Part shown: one piece after another, positions 12,316 through 23,376 of the stretch | How the letters are laid out: every line of letters begins with the position of its first letter | Numbering within the stretch: position 1 is the first letter of the stretch | Notes under the pieces: model-generated | Told to the model about the DNA's origin: nothing | The model's database searches: none | The model's input: the letters and a program-made list of their open reading frames with translations, nothing else | Translations under genes and position numbers: made by a program | Assembly: GCA_963767925.1 (NCBI GenBank) | Contig: CAVYGB010000002.1 | Coordinates: 1,792,001 to 1,856,000 of the forward strand | Length of the DNA: 64,000 bases | Direction of reading: 5' to 3' | Source of the DNA: an uncultured delta proteobacterium | GTDB lineage: Bacteria > Myxococcota_A > Polyangia > Fen-1088

Positions 12316-12351
12316 GGCGGACGGCGGATCCTCGGCCCCCGCCGAACGGGC

Positions 12352-12380
12352 TTGAATCTCTGCGCGGGGGCGTCTAGTTT
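12352..12380 (+). promoter_or_regulatory. Sigma70-like promoter of the RAYT-like gene
   Basis: TTGAAT-17 bp-TAGTTT, 12 bp upstream of ATG 12393. Confidence 0.5.
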
Positions 12381-12392
12381 GGCCCTATTCAA

Positions 12393-13085
12393 ATGTCAGC
12401 CCGCCGCCCCACCAAAGCCGAGAAGCCCGAGAAGCCCGAGAGGCCCGTGAAGTTCGGCTGGGGCGGTCGCCGCAAGGGGGCCGGGCGGCCTCCGATTCCC
12501 GGGCGCAAACGGCCGGCGCCGCATCGGGCGTTGCTGGATCACAAGGGGATCTACCCGCTGCACATGAGCGTGCGGGCGCGGGCGGGGCTGGGCTCGCTGC
12601 GGGGCAAGAAGCAGTTCGAGGTGGTGCGGGAGTGCCTGCGCGACTCCAGCTCGGGCTTCTTCCGGGTCCTGGAGTTCTCGGTGCAGGCCGACACCGTCCA
12701 CATGATCGTGGAGGCGCGGGACAAGGCCGCGCTCTCCAAGGGGGCGCGCAGCCTCGTGATCCGGACCGCGCGGACGCTCAACCGCGTCCTGGACCGGCGG
12801 GGGCCGTTCTGGGCGGACCGCTATCGCGTGCGGGAGCTGACGACGCCGCGAGCGGTGCGCGACGCGCTGGTGCTCGTGCTCATGAACCACAAGCTGCAGG
12901 GCCCCGCCGACCGCGACCCCATCGATCCCCTCTCCTCCGCCCCCTGGTTCGACGGCTTCCGCGAGCCGCTGCCGCCGCCCGCCGAGCCCGCGATCACCGT
13001 GCCCCCCCAGACCTGGCTCGGGCGTCTCGGCTGGCGCCGCCGCGGCCTCATCGACCCCGGCGAGGCCCCCCCGCCCCCGAAATGA
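12393..13085 (+). CDS. REP-associated tyrosine transposase (RAYT/Y1)-like protein with substituted catalytic residues
   Basis: WGGRRKGAGR, PLHMSVR, FSVQxxxxH.IVEA, FWADRY, LTTPR.VR.AL and DP.SSA.WFDG motifs. The HUH position reads TVH and the catalytic Tyr position reads Leu. Confidence 0.75.
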   Translation: MSARRPTKAEKPEKPERPVKFGWGGRRKGAGRPPIPGRKRPAPHRALLDHKGIYPLHMSVRARAGLGSLRGKKQFEVVRECLRDSSSGFFRVLEFSVQADTVHMIVEARDKAALSKGARSLVIRTARTLNRVLDRRGPFWADRYRVRELTTPRAVRDALVLVLMNHKLQGPADRDPIDPLSSAPWFDGFREPLPPPAEPAITVPPQTWLGRLGWRRRGLIDPGEAPPPPK

Positions 13086-13100
13086 GGGCCCCGGGCGCCC

Positions 13101-13145
13101 CGGAGGCCCCTCGCCCCTCCCTGTCCCCGCTGCCGCGGGGCGAGG
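13101..13145 (-). repeat. REP-like palindromic element directly downstream of the RAYT-like gene
   Basis: Its reverse complement closely matches the copy at 44550-44590 (CCTCGCCCCGCGG..GCGGGGA.AGGGAGGG.GAGG). Confidence 0.6.
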
Positions 13146-13394
13146 CCGAACAATTGGCCAGGTGCCGCGATCAGCGTCCGGGCGGGGCTCTCTAGCCGGG
13201 ATTATTCATCAGGCGGCAACGCTGGCGGTCGCGCGGCCACCGGCGCCGTGTTCCCGATCGTTCCCGTTCCCGTTCCCGTTCCCGTTCCCGGACCCGTGCC
13301 CGGTTTTTCGGACTGGGGCCCACGCAATGGGCGACCGAGGGCAGGGCTGCGGCCCAGCGGCGGGGGAATAGAAGGCGAAGGGAATGTGGGCGAT

Positions 13395-14016
13395 TCAGCC
13401 GAAGGGCTGCGGCGATAGCAGCCGCCTGGCGATGCGAGCCCAAAGTGCCTGCCAGGGATGGCTGGAGGCCAGATGAAACCAGATGCGACGGGCGGAGCCG
13501 AGCACGCGCACACCGATCTCAAGCAGGCGCAGGCGGAGGGTGTCCATCTGGGCATCGGCGAGCTCGGTGCCGTGTGCGGCGCGGCGGAGCATATACATGA
13601 GGACGTAGGCGGCGGCGTGCGGGAGCAGGCGAAACTGGTTGGCCCAGAAGCGGTGACAGCTCAGGCGGTCGGCCTTGAGCGCCGCTTGAGGTCCTTGATG
13701 GAGTTTTCGCAGGCGTCGGCTCGCTGCACATAGCAACGGTCGTACAGCTCCTGGGGGTCACCAGCAAGATTGGTCACCACGAAGCGAACGTTCGAGCCTT
13801 GCTCGGTGTGCTCGGCCTTGATGATCATGCGGTAGCTGCGCGGCCAGCGCTTGCGACCCGTTCCCATGGAGCGATATCGGTCAGGCCGAGGCGCCGGTCG
13901 GCCTGCCGCAGGAGCAGGAGCCCACCGTCGCTGGAGATGGGCCCGGCGTCGAAGGCCGCTCGTACCTGCCGGCGCCCCGCGAACGGGAAGTCGATTTGGC
14001 TGGTATCCTCGTGCAT
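13395..14016 (-). pseudogene. IS1380-family transposase with large internal deletion and frameshifts
   Basis: N-terminal FDAGPISSDGGLLLLRQAD is joined to the C-terminal RFVVTNL...Y.QR...ENSIKDLK and DRLSCHRF.ANQFRL...TLRLRLL in different frames. Confidence 0.85.
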
Positions 14017-14093
14017 CGAGCGGCCCTCCTCGTCGTTGCCTTCTGGTCTCGCAACCGAAAAGCAGTGCGAGAAGTGTGCCGCTCGATTCTTCT

Positions 14094-14468
14094 TCAGCGC
14101 GATGGCTCTTCTTGCTCGCCGAGCAGCTTCGCCATCTTCGTCAGCATCGAGACGATGCGCAGTAGAAGATCGCGTCCTGCCCCCAACGTAGCTTCGTCGC
14201 TGAGCTTCACCTTGCGGCAGACATCCAGTAGTGCAGCGCACTCCGTCGCCGACCGCAGTGCCATTCGGTAGAAGCGCGCCTTGTCCTTCCTGCTGAATTC
14301 CCCGGCCCCCTCGACCACGTCGAGCGGCACCGAGGTCGCCGCGCGCTGCAGTTGGTCCGCCAGGTAGGCTCGACCACGCGGCAGCTGCTCCACGATGTCG
14401 TCCGCCTTGGCGACGAACTCGATTCCCGCCTGGTACACGTCCAGCTTCTCGTGATCGAAATGGCCCGT
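14094..14468 (-). CDS. Four helix bundle protein (23S rRNA IVP/Avd-like family); the expected start codon reads ACG
   Basis: FDHEKLDVYQ...LADQLQRAATSV.L...EG.GE.S.KDKARFY..A..SA.ECAA.LD...RIVSMLTKM. Confidence 0.8.
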   Translation of the reverse strand, partial: TGHFDHEKLDVYQAGIEFVAKADDIVEQLPRGRAYLADQLQRAATSVPLDVVEGAGEFSRKDKARFYRMALRSATECAALLDVCRKVKLSDEATLGAGRDLLLRIVSMLTKMAKLLGEQEEPSR

Positions 14469-14616
14469 TCCCTGTTTTCGGCCAGCGCCTTCTCAGGTTG
14501 CGGGTACGGGGCCCGGGTCCGGGAACGGGAACGGGAACGGGAACGGGAACGATCGGGGGCCAGACACCCTGTTCGCGGCGTCTCGACGGCGGCGCCCCGC
14601 TGGTGAATAATACCGG

Positions 14617-16809
14617 CTAGAACCCCTGCACGACGCGCAGGTACAGCGTTCGGCCCAGGGTGGGGACGTCGACCCCCAGCGTGCCGCCGTGGGCGTAGCG
14701 GGCGCCGAGGGCGTTGCTGACGTGGAGGCTGAAGGTCGTGAGGCGCTCGCCGAGCAAACGCAGCTCCTGGGTGCGCACATTGAAGCCGAGGGTGGCGTAG
14801 GGGGCGAAGGTGTAGGAGGCGCCCTTCTCCAGGATGTTCGAGACGGTGGTTTTGCGGCGGCCGGCCAGAAACAGGCTGCTCGCCAGCACCACCCGCGCCT
14901 CGGGCACGGCGGCGCCGGCGTGCAGGTGGCCCATCAGGCGCGGGTAGTTGGGCAGGGTCATCGCCATCTCGGCGTCGCTGCCGTGGGCCAGCTCGAACCA
15001 GGCGGGGACCGGGTCGGGCGCCACAACGGTGGTCCGCTGCAGCGACAGGTCGAGCTTGCCGAAGAAGCGGCGGTGGCGTCCCTCGACGCTCAGCTCGCCC
15101 CCGAGGGTGTGGGTGGGGGTGAAGTTGCGGGCGACGTTCTGGCTGCCCACCTTGACGAACTCGACCCGGTCGGAGATCGACGTGAAGAAGGCGTTGAGGG
15201 CGACGCTGAGGCGGTCCTCGAGGCGGAAGGTGACCGCCGCCTCGCCGGTGCGGGCGGTCTGCGGCACCAGGTCGGGGTTGCCGGTGATGCCGTTGTCGAT
15301 CCGCAGGGGCTGGGCGTGGAGCTGGCTGAGCGAGGGCGGCACGTACGAGGTGCCCCACAGGAGCTTGACGTGCACGTCGTCGCGGGCCCGGTAGACGCCG
15401 GCCAGCCGGTAGCTCAGCTCGGTCCCCCAGCGGCGGTCGCGGTCGGCGCGCCCGTTGAGGGTCAGCTCCAGCGACGGCAACACCTGCACCATCGACTGCA
15501 GGAACAGGCCGGCGTTGCGGTAGTCGCGCGGCTCCCCCCGCACCAGCAGGGCCGCGTCGCCCGCCCGGCCGGTGCCGTCGTCCAGCCGCCGCACCTGGAA
15601 CAGGGTGTCGCCCTGGTCCCGGCTCTCCACGAAGTCCACCCCCGCCAGCGCCGAGTGCACCCCGATCTGCCAGAGCAGCTCGGTGGCGCCGGTGACGGCC
15701 AGGTTGCTGCGCGTGCGGCGCAAGGTGAAGACCGGCACGCCGACGTCGAGCACCTCCTCGGGCTGGCTGCGCCCGGAGGTGATCGAGGCGACCGACCGCC
15801 AGCTCAGCGCGCCGGCCAGGAAATCGATCCGGTGGTCCAGCCGCCCGATCCGGTTCAGCACGACGAGCCGGTTGTCCCGCTCCATCACGCTCATGTCCAG
15901 CCACTGGGCGTGGGCGTCCAGGCGCTGCTGCTGGTAGCGCAGCTCCAGCCTGCCCCCGGCGCCCAGGTCGAAGATCCCCTTGATCAGCGTCGTGCGCGGC
16001 TGCGACAGGTCGCCGGCGCTGCGGCGTCCCGCCAGGTCGGCGCGCGGCGACTCGGACGGCGGCGCCAGCCCGGAGCGATCGGCCCGCTCCCCGGCCACGG
16101 CGACCAGCAGCGCGCCCTTGCGCCGCCCCGGCGCCGAGACGCTCGCCAGCAGGCTGCCGCCGGCGCTCGGGCCGCTCCCCACCCGCCCCGCCTCGGCCCC
16201 CAGCTCGAAGTGGGCGCCCGCGGGCGCCGTCCGGGTGACGATGTTGATGACGCCGAGAAACGCGTTGGCCCCGTACAGCCCCGAGGCGGGCCCCCGGATC
16301 ACCTCGATCGACTCCACCGCGTCCATGGGGACGAGCTCGAACCCCAGCAGGTACCCGCCGCTCGCGTGGTGGGTCACCGGGTGGCCGTCGACCATGACCT
16401 TCACGATGCGGCTCCAGGAGTCGGGCCCCCCGTTGACCCCCCGGATGCCGACGTTCGCCGTCACGAGATCGTCGACCAGATAGAGGCCCGGCACCGAGGC
16501 CAGCGCCTCGCCAACCGTGCGGTACCCGTAGGCCTCGATCACCGACCGGGGGATCACCGTCACGATCGAAGGCGCCTCGGCGGCGCGGGCCCGGGTCTTG
16601 GTGGCGATGGTTACAAGCCGGTCGACCTCCAGCAGATCCTCGAGGGTGAGGTCGGTGATGTCCCAGGGCGCCGCCTCCGGCAGCAGGTGGGGCGCCTCCG
16701 GGGTGGCCCGCGCCGCCGCCCCCGGCCCGCACAGGGCCAGCAGGATGCCCGCTGCCGCCTTCGCTCCGGACCGCCGGCGCCCGCGGGGCCGCGGCGGGGT
16801 CGGCGACAT
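14617..16809 (-). CDS. TonB-dependent receptor
   Basis: LTLEDLL...EAPSIVTVI plug, IEVIRGPASGLYGANAFLGVINIVT, C-terminal Phe. Confidence 0.9.
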   Translation of the reverse strand: MSPTPPRPRGRRRSGAKAAAGILLALCGPGAAARATPEAPHLLPEAAPWDITDLTLEDLLEVDRLVTIATKTRARAAEAPSIVTVIPRSVIEAYGYRTVGEALASVPGLYLVDDLVTANVGIRGVNGGPDSWSRIVKVMVDGHPVTHHASGGYLLGFELVPMDAVESIEVIRGPASGLYGANAFLGVINIVTRTAPAGAHFELGAEAGRVGSGPSAGGSLLASVSAPGRRKGALLVAVAGERADRSGLAPPSESPRADLAGRRSAGDLSQPRTTLIKGIFDLGAGGRLELRYQQQRLDAHAQWLDMSVMERDNRLVVLNRIGRLDHRIDFLAGALSWRSVASITSGRSQPEEVLDVGVPVFTLRRTRSNLAVTGATELLWQIGVHSALAGVDFVESRDQGDTLFQVRRLDDGTGRAGDAALLVRGEPRDYRNAGLFLQSMVQVLPSLELTLNGRADRDRRWGTELSYRLAGVYRARDDVHVKLLWGTSYVPPSLSQLHAQPLRIDNGITGNPDLVPQTARTGEAAVTFRLEDRLSVALNAFFTSISDRVEFVKVGSQNVARNFTPTHTLGGELSVEGRHRRFFGKLDLSLQRTTVVAPDPVPAWFELAHGSDAEMAMTLPNYPRLMGHLHAGAAVPEARVVLASSLFLAGRRKTTVSNILEKGASYTFAPYATLGFNVRTQELRLLGERLTTFSLHVSNALGARYAHGGTLGVDVPTLGRTLYLRVVQGF

Positions 16810-16845
16810 CGACAGGGACGGCGGCGTCGGCAGGCGTCGCTCCGA

Positions 16846-18123
16846 TCAGGGCGCTTCCGGGATGACTTCGATGATCTTGAAGGCGCGGTCGTCCACGCTC
16901 CAGATCCCCACCGGCGCCCGGACGTCGTGCTTGTCGTCGAAGTCGTTGCGGTTGGCCGCGCCGTCGTAGTTGATGTCCGCGCCCTCGGCCAGCAGCTCGG
17001 TCGCCCGGGCCCAGTCACCCGGCCCCACCGTCACCCCCGGCGGAGTCGCCACCGCCAGGATGGCGTCGCGGATGCGCTCCGGATCCGCGTCCAGGCCGCC
17101 GGTCTTGACCAGGGCGAGTCCGATGATCATCAGGGCGTCGTAGGCCTCGGCGGTGCGGAGGCCGGGGTCGACCGTGTGCATCTCCATGAACCGGGCCCGG
17201 AAGTGGCGGAAGGCGGCGGTGTCCGCCCGTCCCACGGTGGCGCCGCGGATCCCCTGGGCGGTGTCCTGCAAGCTGCTGATCAGCTCCGGCTTGTACAGCG
17301 GATCGGCGGCGTACCACTGGCCGGTCCAGCGGCGGCTGAGGTTCCAGGTCTCGAGGTACTTGACCCCGTCGCCGAGGTACGAGCTGAGGAACACCGCCTG
17401 GGGCGCGGTGGCGAACACGCTGTCCAGGTCCGACTGGAAGTCGTAGCTGGCCATGGTCTCGACCTTGTCCGGGTAGTCGACCCGCCGGCTGATCGGGTCG
17501 CAGGCGCCGTCGGTCCCGCAGACCAGCGGCCGCAGGGCGCTGGCGAAGGCGGCGGCGTTGGATTGCCCCAGCGACTGCTGGTTGGCGAGGATGCCCACCT
17601 TGTCGTGACCCTGCTGGTGGGCGTAGCGGGCCAGCATCGGCATCATCAGGCCGCCGCTGGGGACGGTCCGGAAGTAGTAGCCCCCGTGGGCGTAGCTGGA
17701 GAAGGCGTCGCTTGTGTTGGCCGGCGAGACGACGGTGACCCGCCTCGGCACGGTCACCTTCAGCGCGGCCAGGGCGGCGTCGCTGCCCGGCACGCCGAAC
17801 AGGATGCGCGCAGCCGGGTCGGCCACCACCAACAGCGCCGCCTCGGTGGCGCCCGCCGCGGTGGACCGGTCGTCGTAGGGCTTGAGCCGGAGCGACCGCC
17901 CGTTGATCCCGCCGTTGCGGTTGATCTCGGCCACCGCCACCAGCGCCCCCAGGTCGACAAGCGACCCGGCGCTGGCCAGGTTCCCGGTCAGCGAGTTCAC
18001 GAACGGCAGGGTCAGCTCCCCGCTCCGGTCCGGGTCCCCCCCGCACCCCGCGAGGGCGCCCGCCAGCGCCGCCAGCACCCCCGCCGCCCGGAGTCTCCGC
18101 GCCGACGCCTTCCCGGAACGCAT
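16846..18123 (-). CDS. Periplasmic binding lipoprotein (branched-chain amino acid/Peripla_BP_6 type)
   Basis: Lipobox LAGC, EINRNGGINGR, YYFRTVPS, AYDA and G.DINYDGA motifs. Confidence 0.85.
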   Translation of the reverse strand: MRSGKASARRLRAAGVLAALAGALAGCGGDPDRSGELTLPFVNSLTGNLASAGSLVDLGALVAVAEINRNGGINGRSLRLKPYDDRSTAAGATEAALLVVADPAARILFGVPGSDAALAALKVTVPRRVTVVSPANTSDAFSSYAHGGYYFRTVPSGGLMMPMLARYAHQQGHDKVGILANQQSLGQSNAAAFASALRPLVCGTDGACDPISRRVDYPDKVETMASYDFQSDLDSVFATAPQAVFLSSYLGDGVKYLETWNLSRRWTGQWYAADPLYKPELISSLQDTAQGIRGATVGRADTAAFRHFRARFMEMHTVDPGLRTAEAYDALMIIGLALVKTGGLDADPERIRDAILAVATPPGVTVGPGDWARATELLAEGADINYDGAANRNDFDDKHDVRAPVGIWSVDDRAFKIIEVIPEAP

Positions 18124-18305
18124 GAGCCCCCTCCTCCCTCCCTCGGGATCGTCGTTTCCTTGCGCCGGCTTGAGGCGGCGGGCCAGATTCGAGGAGCGGC
18201 GATCCCACCAGCCTCGGGATTCCGTCGCCGCCCGACCGTGAACCGGCGGCGCGGGGGGCGTCGGAATGTCCCGCCGTGGCACCGTCCTCGCTGAATCTTT
18301 CGCCA

Positions 18306-18765
18306 CCAGGACGAGCGGCTCTCCATGCTGCTGGTGCTCCCCGACGCCGGCAAGCTCGCCGAGGTCGAGGGCCGCCTGGCCACCGGTGGGCTGGCCCAGG
18401 TGACCGGGGCGCTGACCGAGCAGGCGGTCATCCTGTCGCTGCCGCGCTTCCGGTTCGAGACGCCGATCGATCTGAAGGAGGCGCTGTCGGCCCTGGGCAT
18501 GCCCGTCGCCTTCACCGGCGCCGCCGACTTCTCCGGCATCAACGCGCGGGAGAGCCTCTATCTGCAGGCGGTGCTGCACACGGCCTTCATCGCGGTGGCC
18601 GAGAAGGGGACCGAGGCGGCGGCCGCCACCGCGGTGGTGGTCGGCCGGGCCAGCCTGCCGCAGGGGCTGAACGTGCAGGTCGACCGCCCGTTCCTCTTCT
18701 TCGTCCGCGACGAGCCGACCGGCGCCATCCTGTTCATGGGCCGCGTCTCCGACCCCTCCCGCTGA
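18306..18765 (+). pseudogene. Serpin, C-terminal fragment only
   Basis: LSMLLVLP, LSLPRF, ADFSGI, hinge EKGTEAAAAT, and DRPFLFFVRD..TGAILFMGRV.DP. More than half of the N-terminal sequence is missing. Confidence 0.8.
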
Positions 18766-18905
18766 AGGCCGGTCACGCCTTCCGGTTCGCGCCCTTTCGC
18801 GGAAGGCGTTTCGACGCTGCGCCCCGCCCGGTCCTGGTTGCCGGTGGCGCCTTTCCGTAACTCGTCGTTCCAGCAACTGCGCCGGGCGGGGTACGATACC
18901 TCTCC

Positions 18906-19502
18906 GTGAGCGACGCGCGAAAAGCAGCCGGAATCCTCGTCTCCCCGCCCGAGCACCCCGAGGGGTGCCGCTGCCTGCAGCGGCGCACCGAGCAGTCGGG
19001 CGAGGTGGACTCGCACCACACCTCGCGCACCCAGGAGATCGCGCTGCCCGCCGCCCGCCCGTTCACCGGGTTCCTGCCCCGGCCGGGCTACGTGCCGCCG
19101 AAGATCATCGTCTCCGATCTGCTGGCCGGGGCCTCCCAGCTCGGGGTCATGCTCATCGAGCCCGAGGGTGCCGCCCACCTCGCGCGCATGACCCGCGAGG
19201 TCGCCGGCACCCTCGACCCGCGCTTGCCCGCCCGCAAGGCCCCGCCCCCCGCCTACGGCCCGCTGAACCTCCGAACCGCCGGATCGCCGCCCGCCGCGCC
19301 TGGGAGCTACCCGCCGCCGACCTCCTTCGCCCATCCGCCCCGCCCGCCGGTGGCCCCCGCCGCTCCGAGATATCCCGCGCCTCCGCCGATACCCGCCGCG
19401 GCCTTGCGCTCCTCCTCGCCTTCGCCTGCGGCGGCCGCCCCGAAGGTTGTCGCGGGCGCCGACCTGCTCACCGCCCTCGAGGACTTCGGCTTCGAGCCCT
19501 AG
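18906..19502 (+). CDS. Hypothetical Pro-rich protein
   Basis: ORF with GC3-biased codons filling the intergenic gap; no family recognised. Confidence 0.5.
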   Translation: MSDARKAAGILVSPPEHPEGCRCLQRRTEQSGEVDSHHTSRTQEIALPAARPFTGFLPRPGYVPPKIIVSDLLAGASQLGVMLIEPEGAAHLARMTREVAGTLDPRLPARKAPPPAYGPLNLRTAGSPPAAPGSYPPPTSFAHPPRPPVAPAAPRYPAPPPIPAAALRSSSPSPAAAAPKVVAGADLLTALEDFGFEP

Positions 19503-19570
19503 CAGCCGCCCGGTCCCCCGGCGCAAGCAAGGGCTTGACGGCGGGGGAGCCTCCGCATGGAGTAGCGTCC

Positions 19571-19852
19571 ATGGGAGACCTCTTCACGACAAAGATCGTC
19601 CAGCTCTTCAGCGACGCCGTCGATCTCGTCTGCCCGTTCTGTGAGGAACCGTACGGCGCCGAGGGGCGATCCTACCTGGCGGTCGCCATGGGCCACCTGG
19701 TCGGCCAGCACGACGGCAAGCTCCGGCACGTCGGCCAGCAGACCAGCGTCGGCCCCGACGGCGTCCCCTGGCAGCAAACGACCGCCGTCCTGGAGGTCGT
19801 CCTGCCGATCGAGGAAGAGGTCACCCCCAGCGACCGCCGCAGCCCGGGCTGA
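19571..19852 (+). CDS. Small hypothetical protein with CxxC...HxxxxH putative zinc finger
   Basis: CPFC-x17-HLVGQH and coding-like codon usage. Confidence 0.55.
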   Translation: MGDLFTTKIVQLFSDAVDLVCPFCEEPYGAEGRSYLAVAMGHLVGQHDGKLRHVGQQTSVGPDGVPWQQTTAVLEVVLPIEEEVTPSDRRSPG

Positions 19853-20004
19853 CCGGCCAGCGCGCAGGGAGGGCCGCTCACTCTGTCGCGTCTGCCGGTG
19901 CCGCCCAGGCCGGCGGGCCGCGGGCGACGATCTCCCTGGCACCCCCGGCGTTCGGGCTAGACTGTCGCCCCTTTCACCACCCCGAGCCGAAGGAGCACGT
20001 TGTC

Positions 20005-21147
20005 ATGAAGAGCCTGGTTTCCCTGCTGGCGGCCGCCGTCACGTACCTGGCCCTGGCGCCGGGCGCCCACGCCGGCGCCGCCGACAAGCGCCTGGACTTC
20101 ACCTGGGTCGACGTCGAGGGGGGCGCCGCCACCCTGCTGACCACCCCCGCCGGCGAGACCGTCCTCCTCGACGTCGGCAACCCGGGCGAGCGCGACTCGG
20201 GCCGCATCCACAAGGCCCTCACCGAGGCCGGCCTGAAGAAGATCGACCACCTCGTCATCACCCACTACCACGGCGACCACTTTGGCGGCCTCGCCGATCT
20301 GGTCAAGCTGGTCCCCGTCGGCACCCTCTACCAGCGCGACTTGAAGAGCGCGCCCGAGCGCGAGCAGAAGGCCACGCAGGTCCCGGCCTTCGCGGCGGCC
20401 AAGGTCGGCCGGCGCGTGCGCATCAAGCCCGGCGACAAGATCCGCCTCAAGCAGGCCAGGGGCGCCGCCCCGCTCAGCCTGCAGATCCTCGGCCTCAACG
20501 AGAAGTTCGTCGACGCCAAGGGGGCCAGCGCCAACGAGGAGATCTGCAAGACCCACCAGATCAAGGCCCCCGACGCCTCCGACAACCGGAACAGCGTGGT
20601 CATGCTGCTCACCTTCGGGCCCTTCCGCTTCTTCGACGGTGGCGACCTGACCTGGAACACCGAAAGTGCGCTCGTGTGCCCCAGGAACCGCGTCGGTGCG
20701 CCGGTGGACGTCTTCCAGATCAACCACCACGGCCTCGACCAGAGCAACAACCCGGTCCTGGTCCAGTCGCTGGCCCCCTCGGTGGCCATCGTCAACAACG
20801 GCCCGCGCAAGGGGGGCGAGGCGGGGAGCTTCCGCACGCTGAAGGCCACCCCGTCGATCCAGGCGGTCTACCAGGTCCACCGCAATGTGCGCCTGGGCGC
20901 CGACCTGAACACCGAGGCCCTGCAGACCGCCAACCTGGCCGAGGCCTGCGACGGCAACCCGGTCAAGCTGTCGGTCGACCCCACCGGCAAGGGCTACACC
21001 GTCACGGTCCCGGCGACCAAACACGAGCGCACCTTCACCACCGGGAAGACCCTGGCCGCCGCCCCGGCCGCGCCCGCCGCCCCGGCCGTTCCCGCCGCCG
21101 CCCCCGCCCCGGCGCCCACCGCCACGACCGCCCCCGCCAAGCCCTGA
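20005..21147 (+). CDS. Secreted MBL-fold hydrolase (ComEC/Rec2-like)
   Basis: [24 protein letters not shown] and NHHG motifs; signal peptide; AGGAG RBS. Confidence 0.85.
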   Translation: MKSLVSLLAAAVTYLALAPGAHAGAADKRLDFTWVDVEGGAATLLTTPAGETVLLDVGNPGERDSGRIHKALTEAGLKKIDHLVITHYHGDHFGGLADLVKLVPVGTLYQRDLKSAPEREQKATQVPAFAAAKVGRRVRIKPGDKIRLKQARGAAPLSLQILGLNEKFVDAKGASANEEICKTHQIKAPDASDNRNSVVMLLTFGPFRFFDGGDLTWNTESALVCPRNRVGAPVDVFQINHHGLDQSNNPVLVQSLAPSVAIVNNGPRKGGEAGSFRTLKATPSIQAVYQVHRNVRLGADLNTEALQTANLAEACDGNPVKLSVDPTGKGYTVTVPATKHERTFTTGKTLAAAPAAPAAPAVPAAAPAPAPTATTAPAKP

Positions 21148-21205
21148 GCCGGCCCCGCGCAAAGGGTCGCCCCGGCCGTCCACGCTGGGCCATAATGAAA
21201 GGATC

Positions 21206-22349
<1,144 letters not shown>

Positions 22350-22385
22350 TCTCGGCCGCCAGTTGGCAGGTTGGGAGGAAGACCC

Positions 22386-22817
22386 ATGCGACGAGCGCAC
22401 GCGATCCCGATGCTGATCCTTTTCGCGCTGGGCGTGGCCTGTGCCAGCCGCGGAAGTGGACCCAGCGGCCCCGTCTCCGCGAACATCAGGCCAGATGAGC
22501 TACCACCGTCGGGCGGGGTGCCGCCCGACAAGGAGGCGGAGATCATGCTCGTGCTGCAGCAGCGCGAGGTGTCCACCCGCAAGTGCTACCAGGACGTCCT
22601 CAACGAGAAGCAGGACCGTGCCTTCCAGGGCAACGTCAAGGTCGTGATCGCCCTGCGCCCCGACGGCGCCGCCCAGGACGTGCGCGTGGTGGGCACCACG
22701 CTCAACAACAAGGAAGTCGAGGACTGCCTGGTCGGCACCATCAGCCGCTTCGAATTCCCCCCGCTCGCCCAGGCCGGCGAGGTCCAGTACGAGTTCCGCT
22801 TCCGCCCCGCCTACTGA
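22386..22817 (+). CDS. AgmX/PglI C-terminal (TonB_C-like) domain lipoprotein
   Basis: Lipobox GVAC, KCYQ..L......QG.V.V.I.L..DG, VEDCL...I.RFEFP. Confidence 0.75.
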   Translation: MRRAHAIPMLILFALGVACASRGSGPSGPVSANIRPDELPPSGGVPPDKEAEIMLVLQQREVSTRKCYQDVLNEKQDRAFQGNVKVVIALRPDGAAQDVRVVGTTLNNKEVEDCLVGTISRFEFPPLAQAGEVQYEFRFRPAY

Positions 22818-22900
22818 GGGCGGGGAGGCCCGGGGCATCGTCCGCCGTCGGGAGCAAGCCTTCACCTCTCCCCGCGGTCTGCCGTGGAGGGAGTGCAACC

Positions 22901-23376
22901 CATCACGTCTCCAGCAGGGCCCCTGGCTCACCACGTCTCCGGCAGGGCCCCTGGCTCATCACGTCTCCAGCAGGGCCCCTGGCTCATCACGTCTCCGACA
23001 GGGCCCCTGGCTCATCACGTCTCCAGCAGGGCCCCTGGCTCATCACGTCTCCAGCAGGGCCCCTGGCTCATCACGTCTCCAGCAGGGCCCCTGGCTCATC
23101 ACGTCTCCAGCAGGGCCCCTGGCTCATCACGTCTCCGGCAGGGCCCCTGGCTCATCACGTCTCCAGCAGGGCCCCTGGCTCATCACGTCTCCAGCAGGGC
23201 CCCTGGCTCATCACGTCTCCAGCAGGGCCCCTGGCTCATCACGTCTCCGGCAGGGCCCCTGGCTCATCACGTCTCCAGCAGGGCCCCTGGCTCATCACGT
23301 CTCCGGCAGGGCCCCTGGCTCATCACGTCTCCAGCAGGGCCCCTGGCTCATCACGTCTCCAGCAGGGCCCCTGGCT
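22901..23376. repeat. Tandem array of 17 x 28 bp (CATCACGTCTCCAGCAGGGCCCCTGGCT)
   Basis: Direct inspection: exact 28-bp period, a few point variants, no spacers. Confidence 0.95.

Larger units (their letters stand above)
13196..14616 (-). mobile_element. Non-autonomous IS1380-family derivative carrying a four-helix-bundle passenger gene
   Basis: Terminal IRs CCGGGATTATTCATCAG and CTGGTGAATAATACCGG, with CTAG on both sides (13192-95 and 14617-20). A perfect 44-bp subterminal IR with (GGGAAC)5 lies at 13253-13296 and 14514-14557. Confidence 0.8.

Noticed and set aside
14689..18294. Very long ORFs such as the 1201-aa (+) and 959-aa (-, 26995-29874) calls
   Set aside because: They are antisense or off-frame shadows of real genes in high-GC DNA, with Arg/Gly/Pro-rich translations and no motifs.
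22901..23376. 28-bp repeats as a CRISPR array
   Set aside because: The units are directly adjacent with no unique spacers, and no cas genes were seen in the window.
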